DNA from: a virus
Strand: one strand, 5' to 3'
DNA length: 39,748 bases
Virus record (IMG/VR): IMGVR_UViG_3300033182_000047
Location: 1 to 39,748 of that record
Shown: positions 21,939 to 30,820 of the stretch, piece by piece
How the letters are laid out: each line of letters opens with the position of its first letter
Numbering within the stretch: position 1 is the first letter of the stretch
The notes under the pieces: model-generated
Databases searched by the model: none
What the model was told of the DNA's origin: nothing
Seen by the model: only the letters and a program-made list of their open reading frames with translations
Program-made: the position numbers and the translations under genes

Positions 21939-22288
21939 TATTCTGGAGGGGTAGGCCAAGTAATATTAAAGGGATCAGACTGATCGGTTATATCTCTCAA
22001 AGCCTGACGGTATACTTCCCATTGTTCTCTTTCGGAATCAGTCATGGGAACGTCAGTTAGAACAGTCCAATCACAAGCGACAAGTTTGCCCTTGCGCTCT
22101 GCTTTGACTACATTCCATTGTTCTGGGTCTTGCCCTGCCTGTACTGTAGCCCATGATGGTTTCTTTGTTGGATCGTTATATACAACATTATTGTTGTAGT
22201 CTGACTCATTCTCTACTGATCCGTATATAGCAAACCCCTCGTTAGGAACTGCGGCCCAAAGAATGTTACTAAGTGTTACGTTGTTCAT
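21938..22288 (-). CDS. Tail-fibre assembly / DUF4376-like protein
   Basis: KLVACDWTVLTDVPMTDSEREQWEVYRQALRDITDQSDPFNITWPTPP matches the fibre-assembly C-terminal motif (DW...W..YRQALRDI...WP..P). Confidence 0.7.
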   Translation of the reverse strand: MNNVTLSNILWAAVPNEGFAIYGSVENESDYNNNVVYNDPTKKPSWATVQAGQDPEQWNVVKAERKGKLVACDWTVLTDVPMTDSEREQWEVYRQALRDITDQSDPFNITWPTPPE

Positions 22289-23031
22289 TCTTCAATCTCC
22301 CAAACAATAAATGTCCCATCACTAACGCCAGTACCACCGGCCCCTGCTTGTGGAGTTTTGATCCAAATGTCAAACGTATTGCTACCAACTGCGCTAGGAG
22401 TATCAGGTCTATTAGCGGGTGTAACTTTCCAAGTATGTGAAAAACCGCCAGCATACTCATTTGTAGACAAACCAGAGCCAACAGAATCTTTCATATCAGC
22501 AATATAAATATCGTCAGTTGTTCCAGTAATCAAGGCTCCAGAAGTATCGGCTAATCGAATATATGCGTACTGATGACTGCTACCAGAATCCCAAGAACTG
22601 TAGGTTCCCTGAGTCCCATCAATATGAACATACAAATTAGACGTTGCAGAAAGGCAAGTATGTGTAACACTCCATCCAGTATCTACATAAGTATTTGATC
22701 TAAATTGGCTGGTAGTTGTTTCAATATCGTGGGTAACATCAAGCAATCTTGCGCCTTCAGAAGCAGACATATTTAACCACCCGCTGTCAGCCTCGTTACG
22801 CATTTTTAACAGGTTGTTAGAAGTGTCAAACCATAGTTGCCCTGCTGACGTAGAAGAAGGTGCGCTTGTGCTGGTATGAATACCGTTGATAGCCTCATAT
22901 GCGTTTGGCAAGGTACTCTTTAGTACAGACTTGATTAGACGTAGGTGATCGTCACCTTGACTAATAGAGTCTGATCCACTAGGGTTTGTATCTACCAGAC
23001 CACTGATGTATGTTGCACTTTCTAATGCCAT
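22285..23031 (-). CDS. Tail fibre protein (248 aa)
   Basis: N-terminal anchor motif ESATYISGLVDTNPSGSDSISQGDDHLRLIKSVLKSTLPN. RBS ggag. Confidence 0.7.
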   Translation of the reverse strand: MALESATYISGLVDTNPSGSDSISQGDDHLRLIKSVLKSTLPNAYEAINGIHTSTSAPSSTSAGQLWFDTSNNLLKMRNEADSGWLNMSASEGARLLDVTHDIETTTSQFRSNTYVDTGWSVTHTCLSATSNLYVHIDGTQGTYSSWDSGSSHQYAYIRLADTSGALITGTTDDIYIADMKDSVGSGLSTNEYAGGFSHTWKVTPANRPDTPSAVGSNTFDIWIKTPQAGAGGTGVSDGTFIVWEIEE

Positions 23032-23034
23032 GTT

Positions 23035-24783
23035 TTAACTCCATCCAAGGGAAACCGCTTGGATGCGTGTTTCCTTACTTGCAGATTGATTTAAGGTTTC
23101 GATTTTGTATCTCATCGACGTTCCAGATGGTTGACTTGAGATGTCTACATTGTGAGCGGCCAGAATGGTGTGACCACCAGTTGTGCCTTCGCTTGATAAA
23201 GTAGCCTGAGTCCATGTAGTTCCGTCATCCCTAGAGACATACGCTTTCAAATCTGTATTCACAGTTGCTGTTCCGGCTCCATTTGTGTACATCATAACAA
23301 TGTCGCCTGTGGTTGGTGTTGCTTTTGCGGTTGTTGAGTTAGATACTAGGGTCATATCTTGGTTTATTTGACCTAGTTGATCCGTGTTTACACCCCCAGT
23401 TCCACCATTGTTATAAGCAGTAGAGCCAGAACCACCATTTGTTGCGGTTATAGACCCCGAATTAGAAAAGGTTCCTTTGTATAGTGCGTGGATCGCTCCA
23501 CCACCTGATCCGCCTCCAAACGCATAACTAGAATTAGTCCCTGCGGCGACGCCTTTTGCTTCAATTACGCCGGTTCCACCTATGGTTAAATTACCCCCAA
23601 CTACAAGCCAGATAATTCCACCTACGCCAGTTCCTCCAGTTTGACCTCCATTAGAGCCACCTCCTGCCGGATTTCCAGAACCACCAGATGCTCCGTTATA
23701 TCCACCCTCAGAAGAACCGCCTCCGCCAGAACCACCGTAATCGCCGCCATTGCCGCCAGTTTTTCCTGAATGTGAATGTGACTGAGCGCCGCCTCCGCCT
23801 GCTCCACCAGAAAACGCACCGCCTCTACCACCAGTGCCGCCGGTTATTGTCACAGCGCCACCCCCACTAATATCGTGAGTTGTTCCGCCACCGCCTCCCG
23901 CTGTTGATATAGTGGCCCCACCAGTGGTTCCGGCAGTACCCACGCTACCATAGGACGTTCCACCATCCCCCGGCGATCCGCCTCCTGATCCGCCGGTAGA
24001 CCCTAACTGACTTATTGTATAAATCGTTCCGTTGCTAGATATATTTCCTTGGTTTGCAATAGCAGTTCTAACGGCAGTACCGCACCCGTTAAAGCCGGTT
24101 CCATCATTTGTAAAACTAGAAGAACCCCCAGTTGTAAGCAAGCCAATCTGTAATCCATTAGAGGAAACTGCATTACTGTCTGAACCACCGCTTGCAGTTG
24201 GATCGGCATTTGCACCTTTGCCTGTCATGCTAATTGTTCCGTTAATGGTGCAGTCACCAGAAACGTAAATAAACATTCCACGGCAGGGTTGGTCTGTCGT
24301 TATCGTGTGTCCAGTGTTTACGGTCAAAGATGAATATTGCTTTATGACCATATCTCCATCGTATGATCCATTTTTATTATCAACAGTGTATGTGACGTTA
24401 CCCGCTGTAGATAACGCTCCATCTGAATCATCGCCGTAATAGTTTCCTATAGCCCCGGCAAATGCGCCTCCAGAAAGTTGCTCTCCTGTAGAAGCAGAAG
24501 CATCAATACCAGTTGCATCTTGGAAGTCATCAATCGTTTGGTCTACAAGATTGTATTTTCCTAGCGAACCATTAGCCGCAACTTTAAAACCAAGAATAGC
24601 AATGTCATTTTTTACGCCAGAATCATCGTAAGTGGGGTCTGAGGCTAACTTGCTTAACGCTATTGCCGCACTGGAGTTAATGTCAGCATTAACAATTGCG
24701 CCATCAACAATCTTTGATGACGTAACAGTATTGTCTGCTAGTTCCCCAACCTCTTGAGGTGGTTTGTTTCCTATGTAACTCAC
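23035..24783 (-). CDS. Glycine-rich fibre/spike protein, paralogue B
   Basis: GTG 24783 gives MSYIGNK (compare MSYIGR of 26734..27699) and overlaps the upstream stop (GTGA); the track uses GTG 24789. About 200 aa of GGxGG repeats. C-terminal 94 aa nearly identical to paralogue A. Confidence 0.8.
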   Translation of the reverse strand: MSYIGNKPPQEVGELADNTVTSSKIVDGAIVNADINSSAAIALSKLASDPTYDDSGVKNDIAILGFKVAANGSLGKYNLVDQTIDDFQDATGIDASASTGEQLSGGAFAGAIGNYYGDDSDGALSTAGNVTYTVDNKNGSYDGDMVIKQYSSLTVNTGHTITTDQPCRGMFIYVSGDCTINGTISMTGKGANADPTASGGSDSNAVSSNGLQIGLLTTGGSSSFTNDGTGFNGCGTAVRTAIANQGNISSNGTIYTISQLGSTGGSGGGSPGDGGTSYGSVGTAGTTGGATISTAGGGGGTTHDISGGGAVTITGGTGGRGGAFSGGAGGGGAQSHSHSGKTGGNGGDYGGSGGGGSSEGGYNGASGGSGNPAGGGSNGGQTGGTGVGGIIWLVVGGNLTIGGTGVIEAKGVAAGTNSSYAFGGGSGGGAIHALYKGTFSNSGSITATNGGSGSTAYNNGGTGGVNTDQLGQINQDMTLVSNSTTAKATPTTGDIVMMYTNGAGTATVNTDLKAYVSRDDGTTWTQATLSSEGTTGGHTILAAHNVDISSQPSGTSMRYKIETLNQSASKETRIQAVSLGWS

Positions 24784-26456
24784 GACCACCCCAATGACAC
24801 GGCTTGTATGCGTGTCTCTTTACTTGCTGATTGGTTATGCGTTGTAATTTTGTATCGCATTGATGTTCCCGATGGTTGCGATGAAATGTCCACATTGTGT
24901 GCGGTGAGGATGGTGTGTCCTCCGGTAGTGCCTTCAGATGACAGGGTTGCCTGAGTCCAAGTCGTGCCGTCGTCTCTGGAGATATAGGCTTTTAGATCAG
25001 TGTTCACCGTAGCCGTACCCGCACCGTTTGTGTAGGTCATTACGATATCGCCAGTAGTGGGGGTTGATTCAGCGGTTGTTGAGTTGGAGATTAGGATCAT
25101 ATCTAAGTATGAATCTCCAGTTACTGCGGCTGTTTGTACGCTTCCATTACCCCCATTCCCTCCAGCGCCACCATTAGCACCGCCACTGCCGCCTGTTGCC
25201 GAAATAGAACCAGAATTAGATAACGTACCGCCATACAGCACCACAACATTGCCGCCGCCTGATCCACCGCCGCTACCAGTTGAACTGCTACCCCCGCCGC
25301 CAGCAGAACCATTAGATTGAATAGTTCCTGCCGCCCCTATGGTTAAATTTCCCCCAACAACAAGAAATAGTAATCCACCAGTTCCGTCTGTCCCTGCCGC
25401 TCCATTTGAAGAACCAGCGCCACTGGGATTTCCTGCGCCGCCGCCTCCGCCCTCAGAACCTCCGCCTACATCACAACCAGCGCCACCAGCGCCACCATTT
25501 GCAGTACCACTACCAGCGGTGCAAGCGGCATCATCTTGATTTGATGCTGAACCACCTCCACCCGAACCTCCAGAAAAACAAGTTCCCGCCGCTCCAGAAC
25601 CAGACACGCTTGTTCCTAAAGCGGCTGAATGTCTCCAAATACCGCCACCACCACCGCCACCAGATTCTCCTGCGCTACCAGAAGTACCATTATTACCAGT
25701 ATGGCTTCCGCCACTACTTGTTGATCTGCCCCCACCGCCAGACGCTCCCGCCCTACTTATAGTCCATATTGTTCCATTGCTAGATGGGTTAGTCTGATTG
25801 GCGATAGCAGTTCTAATTGCAGTTCCGCAACCATTAAAAGTAGTTCCGTCCATTGTCAAAGAAGAACTACCGCCAGATGTTATTGCGGCGTATTGAATAC
25901 CACTAGCAGAAACGGCGTTGGAATCTGATCCGCCAGAAGCGGTAGGATCGGCTAATGCGCCTTTTGCAGAAGCGGAGAGTGTGCCATTAATAGTACAGTC
26001 GCCTTTAACATATATAAACATTCCTCTACAAGGTTGATCTACAGTCATTGTATGACCGGCGCTTATTGTCAAGGAGGAATACTGTTTTACTACCATATCT
26101 CCGTCATACGAACCACTCTTATTTTGGACGGTATGAGTAACATTACCAGATGTTGTTAAAGCGCCATCTGAAGAATCTCCAAAATAGTTTACGGCAGTTG
26201 TTCCAGAGTAATAGTTAGAGGCGTTCCTTATTTCATCAGTAGACGCACTAGCATCAATACCACTGGCATCCTCAAACGCATCAATCGTCTGATCCTTGAG
26301 GTTGTACGCCGCCATACTTCCATTGGCCGCAACCTTGAAGCCCAACAGTGCGATGTCGGTTTCCAGACTTGTGGTGTCTACAGCATCACTGGCAAGGTCA
26401 GCACTCTTGACCTGACCGGCAGTTATATCTTCTGAGCGGATTGTGGTTCTAGTCAT
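24780..26456 (-). CDS. Glycine-rich fibre/spike protein, paralogue A
   Basis: Shares ILGFKVAANGS, YDGDMV.KQYSSLT, DQPCRGMFIYV.GDCTINGT and CGTA.RTAIANQ blocks and the C-terminal domain with paralogue B. ATGA overlap upstream. Confidence 0.8.
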   Translation of the reverse strand: MTRTTIRSEDITAGQVKSADLASDAVDTTSLETDIALLGFKVAANGSMAAYNLKDQTIDAFEDASGIDASASTDEIRNASNYYSGTTAVNYFGDSSDGALTTSGNVTHTVQNKSGSYDGDMVVKQYSSLTISAGHTMTVDQPCRGMFIYVKGDCTINGTLSASAKGALADPTASGGSDSNAVSASGIQYAAITSGGSSSLTMDGTTFNGCGTAIRTAIANQTNPSSNGTIWTISRAGASGGGGRSTSSGGSHTGNNGTSGSAGESGGGGGGGIWRHSAALGTSVSGSGAAGTCFSGGSGGGGSASNQDDAACTAGSGTANGGAGGAGCDVGGGSEGGGGGAGNPSGAGSSNGAAGTDGTGGLLFLVVGGNLTIGAAGTIQSNGSAGGGGSSSTGSGGGSGGGNVVVLYGGTLSNSGSISATGGSGGANGGAGGNGGNGSVQTAAVTGDSYLDMILISNSTTAESTPTTGDIVMTYTNGAGTATVNTDLKAYISRDDGTTWTQATLSSEGTTGGHTILTAHNVDISSQPSGTSMRYKITTHNQSASKETRIQAVSLGWS

Positions 26457-26737
26457 TTAGGATACTTCTCTTTAATTGCTGTTCTCTTACTCTGTAGTTC
26501 AATAGACGATGCCATGCGTTCTTCTATGACTGCTTCCCATAGTGCTACCACTAATTCGTCAGTGGTTGGGTATTCTGCTTTGCGGTTTACTGCATATTGC
26601 AATCTTGCAATTTCTGCGTCTATTTCTTCTTGTGTTGGTTGTGGAATATCGGGGCTAAGCCATTCCGTAATAGATGTTCCATCCGTAACCCACTCAGCAC
26701 CGGGAGCAAGAGTGCGTAGTGCTTCCATTACGTTCAT
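26453..26737 (-). CDS. Small helical protein (94 aa), XkdW-like / fibre-associated (tentative)
   Basis: PTQEEIDAEIARLQYAVNRKAEYPTTDELVVALWE...IKEKYPK pattern. ATGA overlaps on both sides. Confidence 0.6.
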   Translation of the reverse strand: MNVMEALRTLAPGAEWVTDGTSITEWLSPDIPQPTQEEIDAEIARLQYAVNRKAEYPTTDELVVALWEAVIEERMASSIELQSKRTAIKEKYPK

Positions 26738-27699
26738 ACTTCATACTCCAATGCCATGATGTAATAAGGTGATGCTGAAGTATCTATTTGTCCACCTTGC
26801 ACTCTAGGACAAGTATAGTAAGCACCATCGTTGTAACTTTTAGTTTGAAATGTCAAAGCGCTAGTGTCAGATGGATCATAAATTCCAACCATAGAAGCGT
26901 TGCATACATCTGCTTCTGGCCCGTTATGACCAAGATACTGAAACGCAACCATTGTTCCGCTCCCGGTTTCAAAAATCGCCGCATTTGAATGTGTCGCTGA
27001 TGATCCGCTTCCTGCTATATAGAAAGAATCATTGCTCATTACCAGAATCATATTACTAGCACTTGATGGAGTTATGCTTACACTCATAGAGCCAGTGGTA
27101 CTCCACGATGAACTGCTGTGATTTGATGTTTGACCCGCATAAGCGGTGTACTGGACTTGCACTAATTTCCCGCCGCCAGCCGCCGCCCAACTCTGATCCC
27201 CTCTAAGGAATGTCGTAGCGTCTGCCGTACCAGAACCTAAACGTGCAGTGGCTAACGTGCCGCTTGAAATGTTTGAGGCATTGGTTGTGTCAGTTGTGGC
27301 TGATGTAGCAAGGCCGCTGATCTTTGAAGTGGCTATCGCCGCTGAAGCATTAACGTCAGAGTTAGTAATGTCTAACGATAGTTTGCTCTGAGCGATTGCC
27401 GCAGTAGAAGAGATGTGATCGTTGGTAATAACTCCGGTGCCGGGAACCATTGTCTCACCGACATCCTGTATCCCAATTACTTCCATCTTGTCAGTAGCGA
27501 CAAGTGCAGAAGTTAGGGTAAGCGTAGTACCGGATACACTATAGGCGTCCTCGTGCTGCTTGACTCCGTTTATCGTGACAATCAACGACTGCTCGTTAGG
27601 GGGGGTCCAAGTAAGCGTATGCGTAGCAGACGTAGAGCCTGTTACGTTAAACCGCTTTATGTCAGACGCTTTCTGTTCTACCCGGCCTATATAACTCAT
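26734..27699 (-). CDS. Tail fibre protein (321 aa)
   Basis: AIAQSKLS / AIATSKIS repeats and LATARLGSGTADATTFLRGDQSW, a classic phage fibre motif. Confidence 0.75.
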   Translation of the reverse strand: MSYIGRVEQKASDIKRFNVTGSTSATHTLTWTPPNEQSLIVTINGVKQHEDAYSVSGTTLTLTSALVATDKMEVIGIQDVGETMVPGTGVITNDHISSTAAIAQSKLSLDITNSDVNASAAIATSKISGLATSATTDTTNASNISSGTLATARLGSGTADATTFLRGDQSWAAAGGGKLVQVQYTAYAGQTSNHSSSSWSTTGSMSVSITPSSASNMILVMSNDSFYIAGSGSSATHSNAAIFETGSGTMVAFQYLGHNGPEADVCNASMVGIYDPSDTSALTFQTKSYNDGAYYTCPRVQGGQIDTSASPYYIMALEYEV

Positions 27700-28019
27700 G
27701 TGATCTCAAGAACTGATATGAAACATTCAAGGTCAGAGGCTGCGCTTGCCGTCACCGTCAATTTGTCGCTTGCCTGTAGATTGATAGGCTTGTCAAGCAC
27801 CAGAGTAGAATCAGCAGGCACAGGGATAGTCTTGCCGACATGATAGTACGTTGTGACAGAGTTATCATACACCTCAATGGTAGCATCTACTGAGGATGTT
27901 CCATCTACGTTAGACAAGTATACCGCATGGATAACGGCTTCCGTACTGCCCGGACAAGTATATACGTCTGTCCGTGTTGTGCCGATTGCCGCTCCTGCGT
28001 TCTTAAAGGCGTTAGCCAT
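27696..28019 (-). CDS. Small beta-rich virion protein (107 aa)
   Basis: Strong RBS taggagga. Ser/Thr/Val-rich sandwich-like sequence. Confidence 0.7.
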   Translation of the reverse strand: MANAFKNAGAAIGTTRTDVYTCPGSTEAVIHAVYLSNVDGTSSVDATIEVYDNSVTTYYHVGKTIPVPADSTLVLDKPINLQASDKLTVTASAASDLECFISVLEIT

Positions 28020-28020
28020 A

Positions 28021-28281
28021 TTATCCTCCTAATGCCAAAGCCATTGCCGCCGCATTATCCGCAACTTCAGCCCATTGAGCGTCAGTGCCATCTGTCTGTA
28101 GGTATTTATTTGCCTGACCAGACATATTGGGAACAATCGCGGCAGTAGACGTAGACGGAAAACTGTTCTTTAACACGGTCTTAATCATACGGAGATGGTC
28201 ATCACCCTCTCCTACTGGATCACCAACTACAGGGTTGGTATCAACTAACTGTGTTACCCAACTTGCGCTTTCGACAGCCAT
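28021..28281 (-). CDS. 86-aa protein consisting essentially of the fibre N-terminal anchor motif
   Basis: ESASWVTQLVDTNPVVGDPVGEGDDHLRMIKTVLKNSFPS parallels the N-terminus of 22285..23031. TAATG junction. Confidence 0.7.
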   Translation of the reverse strand: MAVESASWVTQLVDTNPVVGDPVGEGDDHLRMIKTVLKNSFPSTSTAAIVPNMSGQANKYLQTDGTDAQWAEVADNAAAMALALGG

Positions 28282-28787
28282 TATGCACTAGCCGCAGTCA
28301 GTGTGACAGTCACAGTTAGTGTGTCACCAGAGATAACAGAGCGGGATGAACTAAAGTCAACCACGCCATAAAGCGTACCAGTAGTTCCAGATTTTGTGCT
28401 ATCACTGTTAATAAAGGCTCCTGCTACTGTAGCCGTACCGTTGATAGAGTAGGTTGCTTTGCTTGCGCTGTTGTCGATGCTGCCAGAAGATGCCGTACCC
28501 AAAGTAAGAGTCTGACGTACAGATTGTGAGTAGTCTGTTACTTCAGTCCAACCAGAGTGAGATGACATAGTGTCACCAGCCGCCGCAGAGCCAGAACCTT
28601 TAAGACCGACATACCAAGTGGTGATCTGCGTACCGCCGTCAAGGGTGCTGGACAGAACGTGGTTTAAACCTTCCGTCGTGACAAGGTTCTTTTTAGTTTC
28701 GCCCCATTTAAGATTACCCTCAGAGTCGTAGCACTCAATAGTCCATACGTTCTTCAGGCCGAGGCTCATGTTAGTATCGTGTTGCAT
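28281..28787 (-). CDS. Beta-rich virion protein (168 aa)
   Basis: ATG 28787 has a tGGAGGcttgatt RBS and avoids the 80-nt overlap implied by the track start 28892. Confidence 0.7.
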   Translation of the reverse strand: MQHDTNMSLGLKNVWTIECYDSEGNLKWGETKKNLVTTEGLNHVLSSTLDGGTQITTWYVGLKGSGSAAAGDTMSSHSGWTEVTDYSQSVRQTLTLGTASSGSIDNSASKATYSINGTATVAGAFINSDSTKSGTTGTLYGVVDFSSSRSVISGDTLTVTVTLTAASA

Positions 28788-28812
28788 AATCAAGCCTCCA
28801 TCGGCTTTTAAA

Positions 28813-29370
28813 CTAATTGGGGTATTCAACATCCGTCCATACCGTTGTTGGGTCTGAAACATCTGACCACGTTGAAGAAGGATCAGATACATCTGACCAC
28901 GTTGAAGAAGGGTCGCTTACATCTGACCATAAAAACGCATTACTGCTGGAAAATCCGCCAGAGATTGCGTATGTTGCTGTCCCTGTCGTTGATAATGCTG
29001 TTGTTGGGGTGTATCCCTGTTTCAGTGCATATGTAGCAGATGGACTCATGGATAGCGTGGCGGAATCTGTATATGTTAAAGAAGCCGCGAAAGTCGCTGA
29101 AGGGGACAGTGATATAGCTGCTGAATCGGTGTATCCAGAATTTATAGAGTAAGTTGCGGAACCTACCATATCATGTTGCCCGGATTTAGAGGCTGTTAAA
29201 TCAACCGCAAAAGAGGCTGACGGCCCTAGAGTTAATTCCGGGGTATTTGTAAATCCGGCGGTGACAGCAAAGGATGAGGAATCAGCCTTTGCAGGGCTAT
29301 TCCAGTTTATTCCAATATTACTCCAGTATATCGGAGCAGAGGCTTCTGCCCACGTTATAGGGGCTGTCAA
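28813..29370 (-). CDS. Repeat-containing Ser/Thr-rich virion protein (185 aa)
   Basis: TTG start overlapping the upstream stop (TTGA). Internal S-x-SPSATFA repeats. C-terminal WSDVSDPSSTW decapeptide x3. Confidence 0.6.
   Translation of the reverse strand: MTAPITWAEASAPIYWSNIGINWNSPAKADSSSFAVTAGFTNTPELTLGPSASFAVDLTASKSGQHDMVGSATYSINSGYTDSAAISLSPSATFAASLTYTDSATLSMSPSATYALKQGYTPTTALSTTGTATYAISGGFSSSNAFLWSDVSDPSSTWSDVSDPSSTWSDVSDPTTVWTDVEYPN
28859..28929. repeat. 30-bp tandem repeat, about 2.4 copies (acatctgaccacgttgaagaaggatcagat)
   Basis: Copy 1 28859-28888, copy 2 28889-28918 (5 mismatches at the 3' end), partial copy 28919-28929. In frame within 28813..29370. Confidence 0.9.
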
Positions 29371-29993
29371 TAGTTAGCACCTGTATTCATCACCCTAAGC
29401 GCGGAGCCTGAGTGACGATCCCTGTTGTCCTGATCTTGTATATCTGCAATAGCCTGTTGGAAGGCGGTTGCCCACAACTGTACCCTTGGATCATTCATAA
29501 TGAATGGTTCCGCTTCCAGTAGGCAACCATAAAGATACACATCAGGAGCGTTAGTAATCATCCAGTTAGTAGCGGCAGATGAGGTAAGCGCATCAAACTT
29601 CTTATAGAACAACATCTCAATAGTTTGTACACTTGCGGGGATTGGTCCTAACTGGATTTCATCTGCAAGAATGGTATAAGCCTTTGGGGTTCCTGTATCG
29701 GAGCCTCCATAAAGCCTATCATACATTTCTGGGGTGACATACTCTAATGACGTAATGGGAGATGTGTTTATCTGTAGATTACGCATCTGTATGAAGTTGG
29801 TAGGCAGGGCAAGATTTCTCTGGTCTGCTACCGTGGAAGCGGTTTGCTTTGTTTCCATAGCCCTGATACGAAGCAGGCGATTAAACCTTGCTTCTGCCAG
29901 AGCAATAAACTCTGGTATCCTATCGGTTAAGTCATCCCTGTCTAACCAGTTGGCAACAGCGGTGTTTAACTCGCTGTAATTTGATATTGCCAT
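29367..29993 (-). CDS. Virion protein, putative head-tail adaptor (208 aa)
   Basis: N-terminus SNYSELNTAVANWLDRDDLTDRIPEFIALAEARFNRLLR is a pattern I associate with BPP-1/Bcep-type podophage adaptor-region proteins. Confidence 0.6.
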   Translation of the reverse strand: MAISNYSELNTAVANWLDRDDLTDRIPEFIALAEARFNRLLRIRAMETKQTASTVADQRNLALPTNFIQMRNLQINTSPITSLEYVTPEMYDRLYGGSDTGTPKAYTILADEIQLGPIPASVQTIEMLFYKKFDALTSSAATNWMITNAPDVYLYGCLLEAEPFIMNDPRVQLWATAFQQAIADIQDQDNRDRHSGSALRVMNTGANY

Positions 29994-29994
29994 C

Positions 29995-30291
29995 TTACTT
30001 GCTTAGTTCAGTAATGTATACCGTTGCGGTTCCAGTACCAGTAATAGCCGCACCTTTGGCTTCATCGCTAACCTTAAACCAGTAAGGTGTATTTGCCGCG
30101 ATATAAGTAGACGAGGTAGTCGCTGTAGGCGTACCATCAAATTCTACAAAGCAAGCCGCAGTAGCCGTAACCATTACAGCCGCAACCCCTGTATCAAAAG
30201 CGGAGGTAGCGGTTGATCCACTTGAAGTGGTGGCAGACAACGTATGGGTTGTCAAAGGCCGCCAAACATTGCTAATGTCAACGTAACTCAT
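29995..30291 (-). CDS. Small beta-rich capsid-module protein (98 aa; decoration/cement-type, tentative)
   Basis: Thr/Ser/Ala-rich. RBS agga. Sits two genes downstream of the major capsid gene. Confidence 0.65.
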   Translation of the reverse strand: MSYVDISNVWRPLTTHTLSATTSSGSTATSAFDTGVAAVMVTATAACFVEFDGTPTATTSSTYIAANTPYWFKVSDEAKGAAITGTGTATVYITELSK

Positions 30292-30300
30292 ATCTATATC

Positions 30301-30624
30301 CTATATATTAGTGGGTGCTACTTTGAAGTATTTATTGTCTGGATCGTTGAGATACTTTGCTAACAGTTTGCTATCCTTCTGAATAGCACCGTTGGTTTCC
30401 TGCATCCAACGCTCCCAAACATTAAATGGGATAGAAGCGGCTTTATGCCACTCCCCTCTTTTGCCCATAGTCCTCTTATCACCATAGGCATTATATTCTT
30501 TTTTGTTCTGCTCTAGGATAGGTTCTACATCCTGAACAGTATTAAATGTACCAGTACCGTCTGCGTGTTCATGTACATACGTTGTTCTGTACGGAGTTTG
30601 GTCAAATATAAATTTCTTAGACAC
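30301..30624 (-). CDS. Hypothetical capsid-module protein (107 aa)
   Basis: GTG start. Continuous ORF. ...LAKYLNDPDNKYFKVAPTNI tail. Confidence 0.65.
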   Translation of the reverse strand: MSKKFIFDQTPYRTTYVHEHADGTGTFNTVQDVEPILEQNKKEYNAYGDKRTMGKRGEWHKAASIPFNVWERWMQETNGAIQKDSKLLAKYLNDPDNKYFKVAPTNI

Positions 30625-30790
30625 AGTAAGTCTTTACCCCACCTATGTTTGTTCTGCCAGTCACACCATTATCTTTCATGTCTTTGAGGTGTTTATCAAG
30701 CAACTGGTCAGAGTTCATTGGTTTGCGCTTGCTCTTCTTGGAAGGAGTAGCGCCCAGTTTTTTTACTAACTTTTGTTCTGCTTTATTCAT
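30617..30790 (-). CDS. Possible 57-aa basic protein MNKAEQKLVKKLGATPSKKSKRKPMNSDQLLDKHLKDMKDNGVTGRTNIGGVKTYCV (not in track)
   Basis: Translated by hand. Fills the 200-nt gap after the capsid gene on the coding strand. No SD. Confidence 0.3.
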   Translation of the reverse strand: MNKAEQKLVKKLGATPSKKSKRKPMNSDQLLDKHLKDMKDNGVTGRTNIGGVKTYCV

Positions 30791-30798
30791 AGTAGATT

Positions 30799-30820
30799 GG
30801 GGGCGAGTTTCCCCGCCCCC
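30799..30820 (-). terminator. GC-rich stem-loop 7 nt after the major capsid stop (partial terminator / mRNA stabiliser)
   Basis: GGGGGCG(30799-30805) pairs with CGCCCCC(30814-30820), 8-nt loop. No U-tract follows on the minus strand. Confidence 0.4.

Noticed and set aside
25057-25762. Plus-strand Pro-rich ORFs (25057..25320, 25339..25539, 25406..25762) and similar ones at 23688..23870 and 24032..24268
   Set aside because: They are antisense shadows of the glycine-rich repeats (GGN read backwards gives NCC, which is Pro/Ala/Thr). They have no RBS and lie fully inside long, better-supported minus-strand genes.
23035-26456. Diversity-generating retroelement (VR/TR pair), suggested by two near-identical C-terminal fibre segments in a BPP-1-like structural module
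   Set aside because: No reverse transcriptase or accessory gene exists anywhere in the genome. Both copies are full coding C-termini. The nucleotide differences are spread over all bases at synonymous positions rather than being adenine-specific.
28859-28929. CRISPR-like or minisatellite array
   Set aside because: There are only about 2.4 directly abutting copies with no spacers. They are in frame inside a CDS and translate to a decapeptide repeat.
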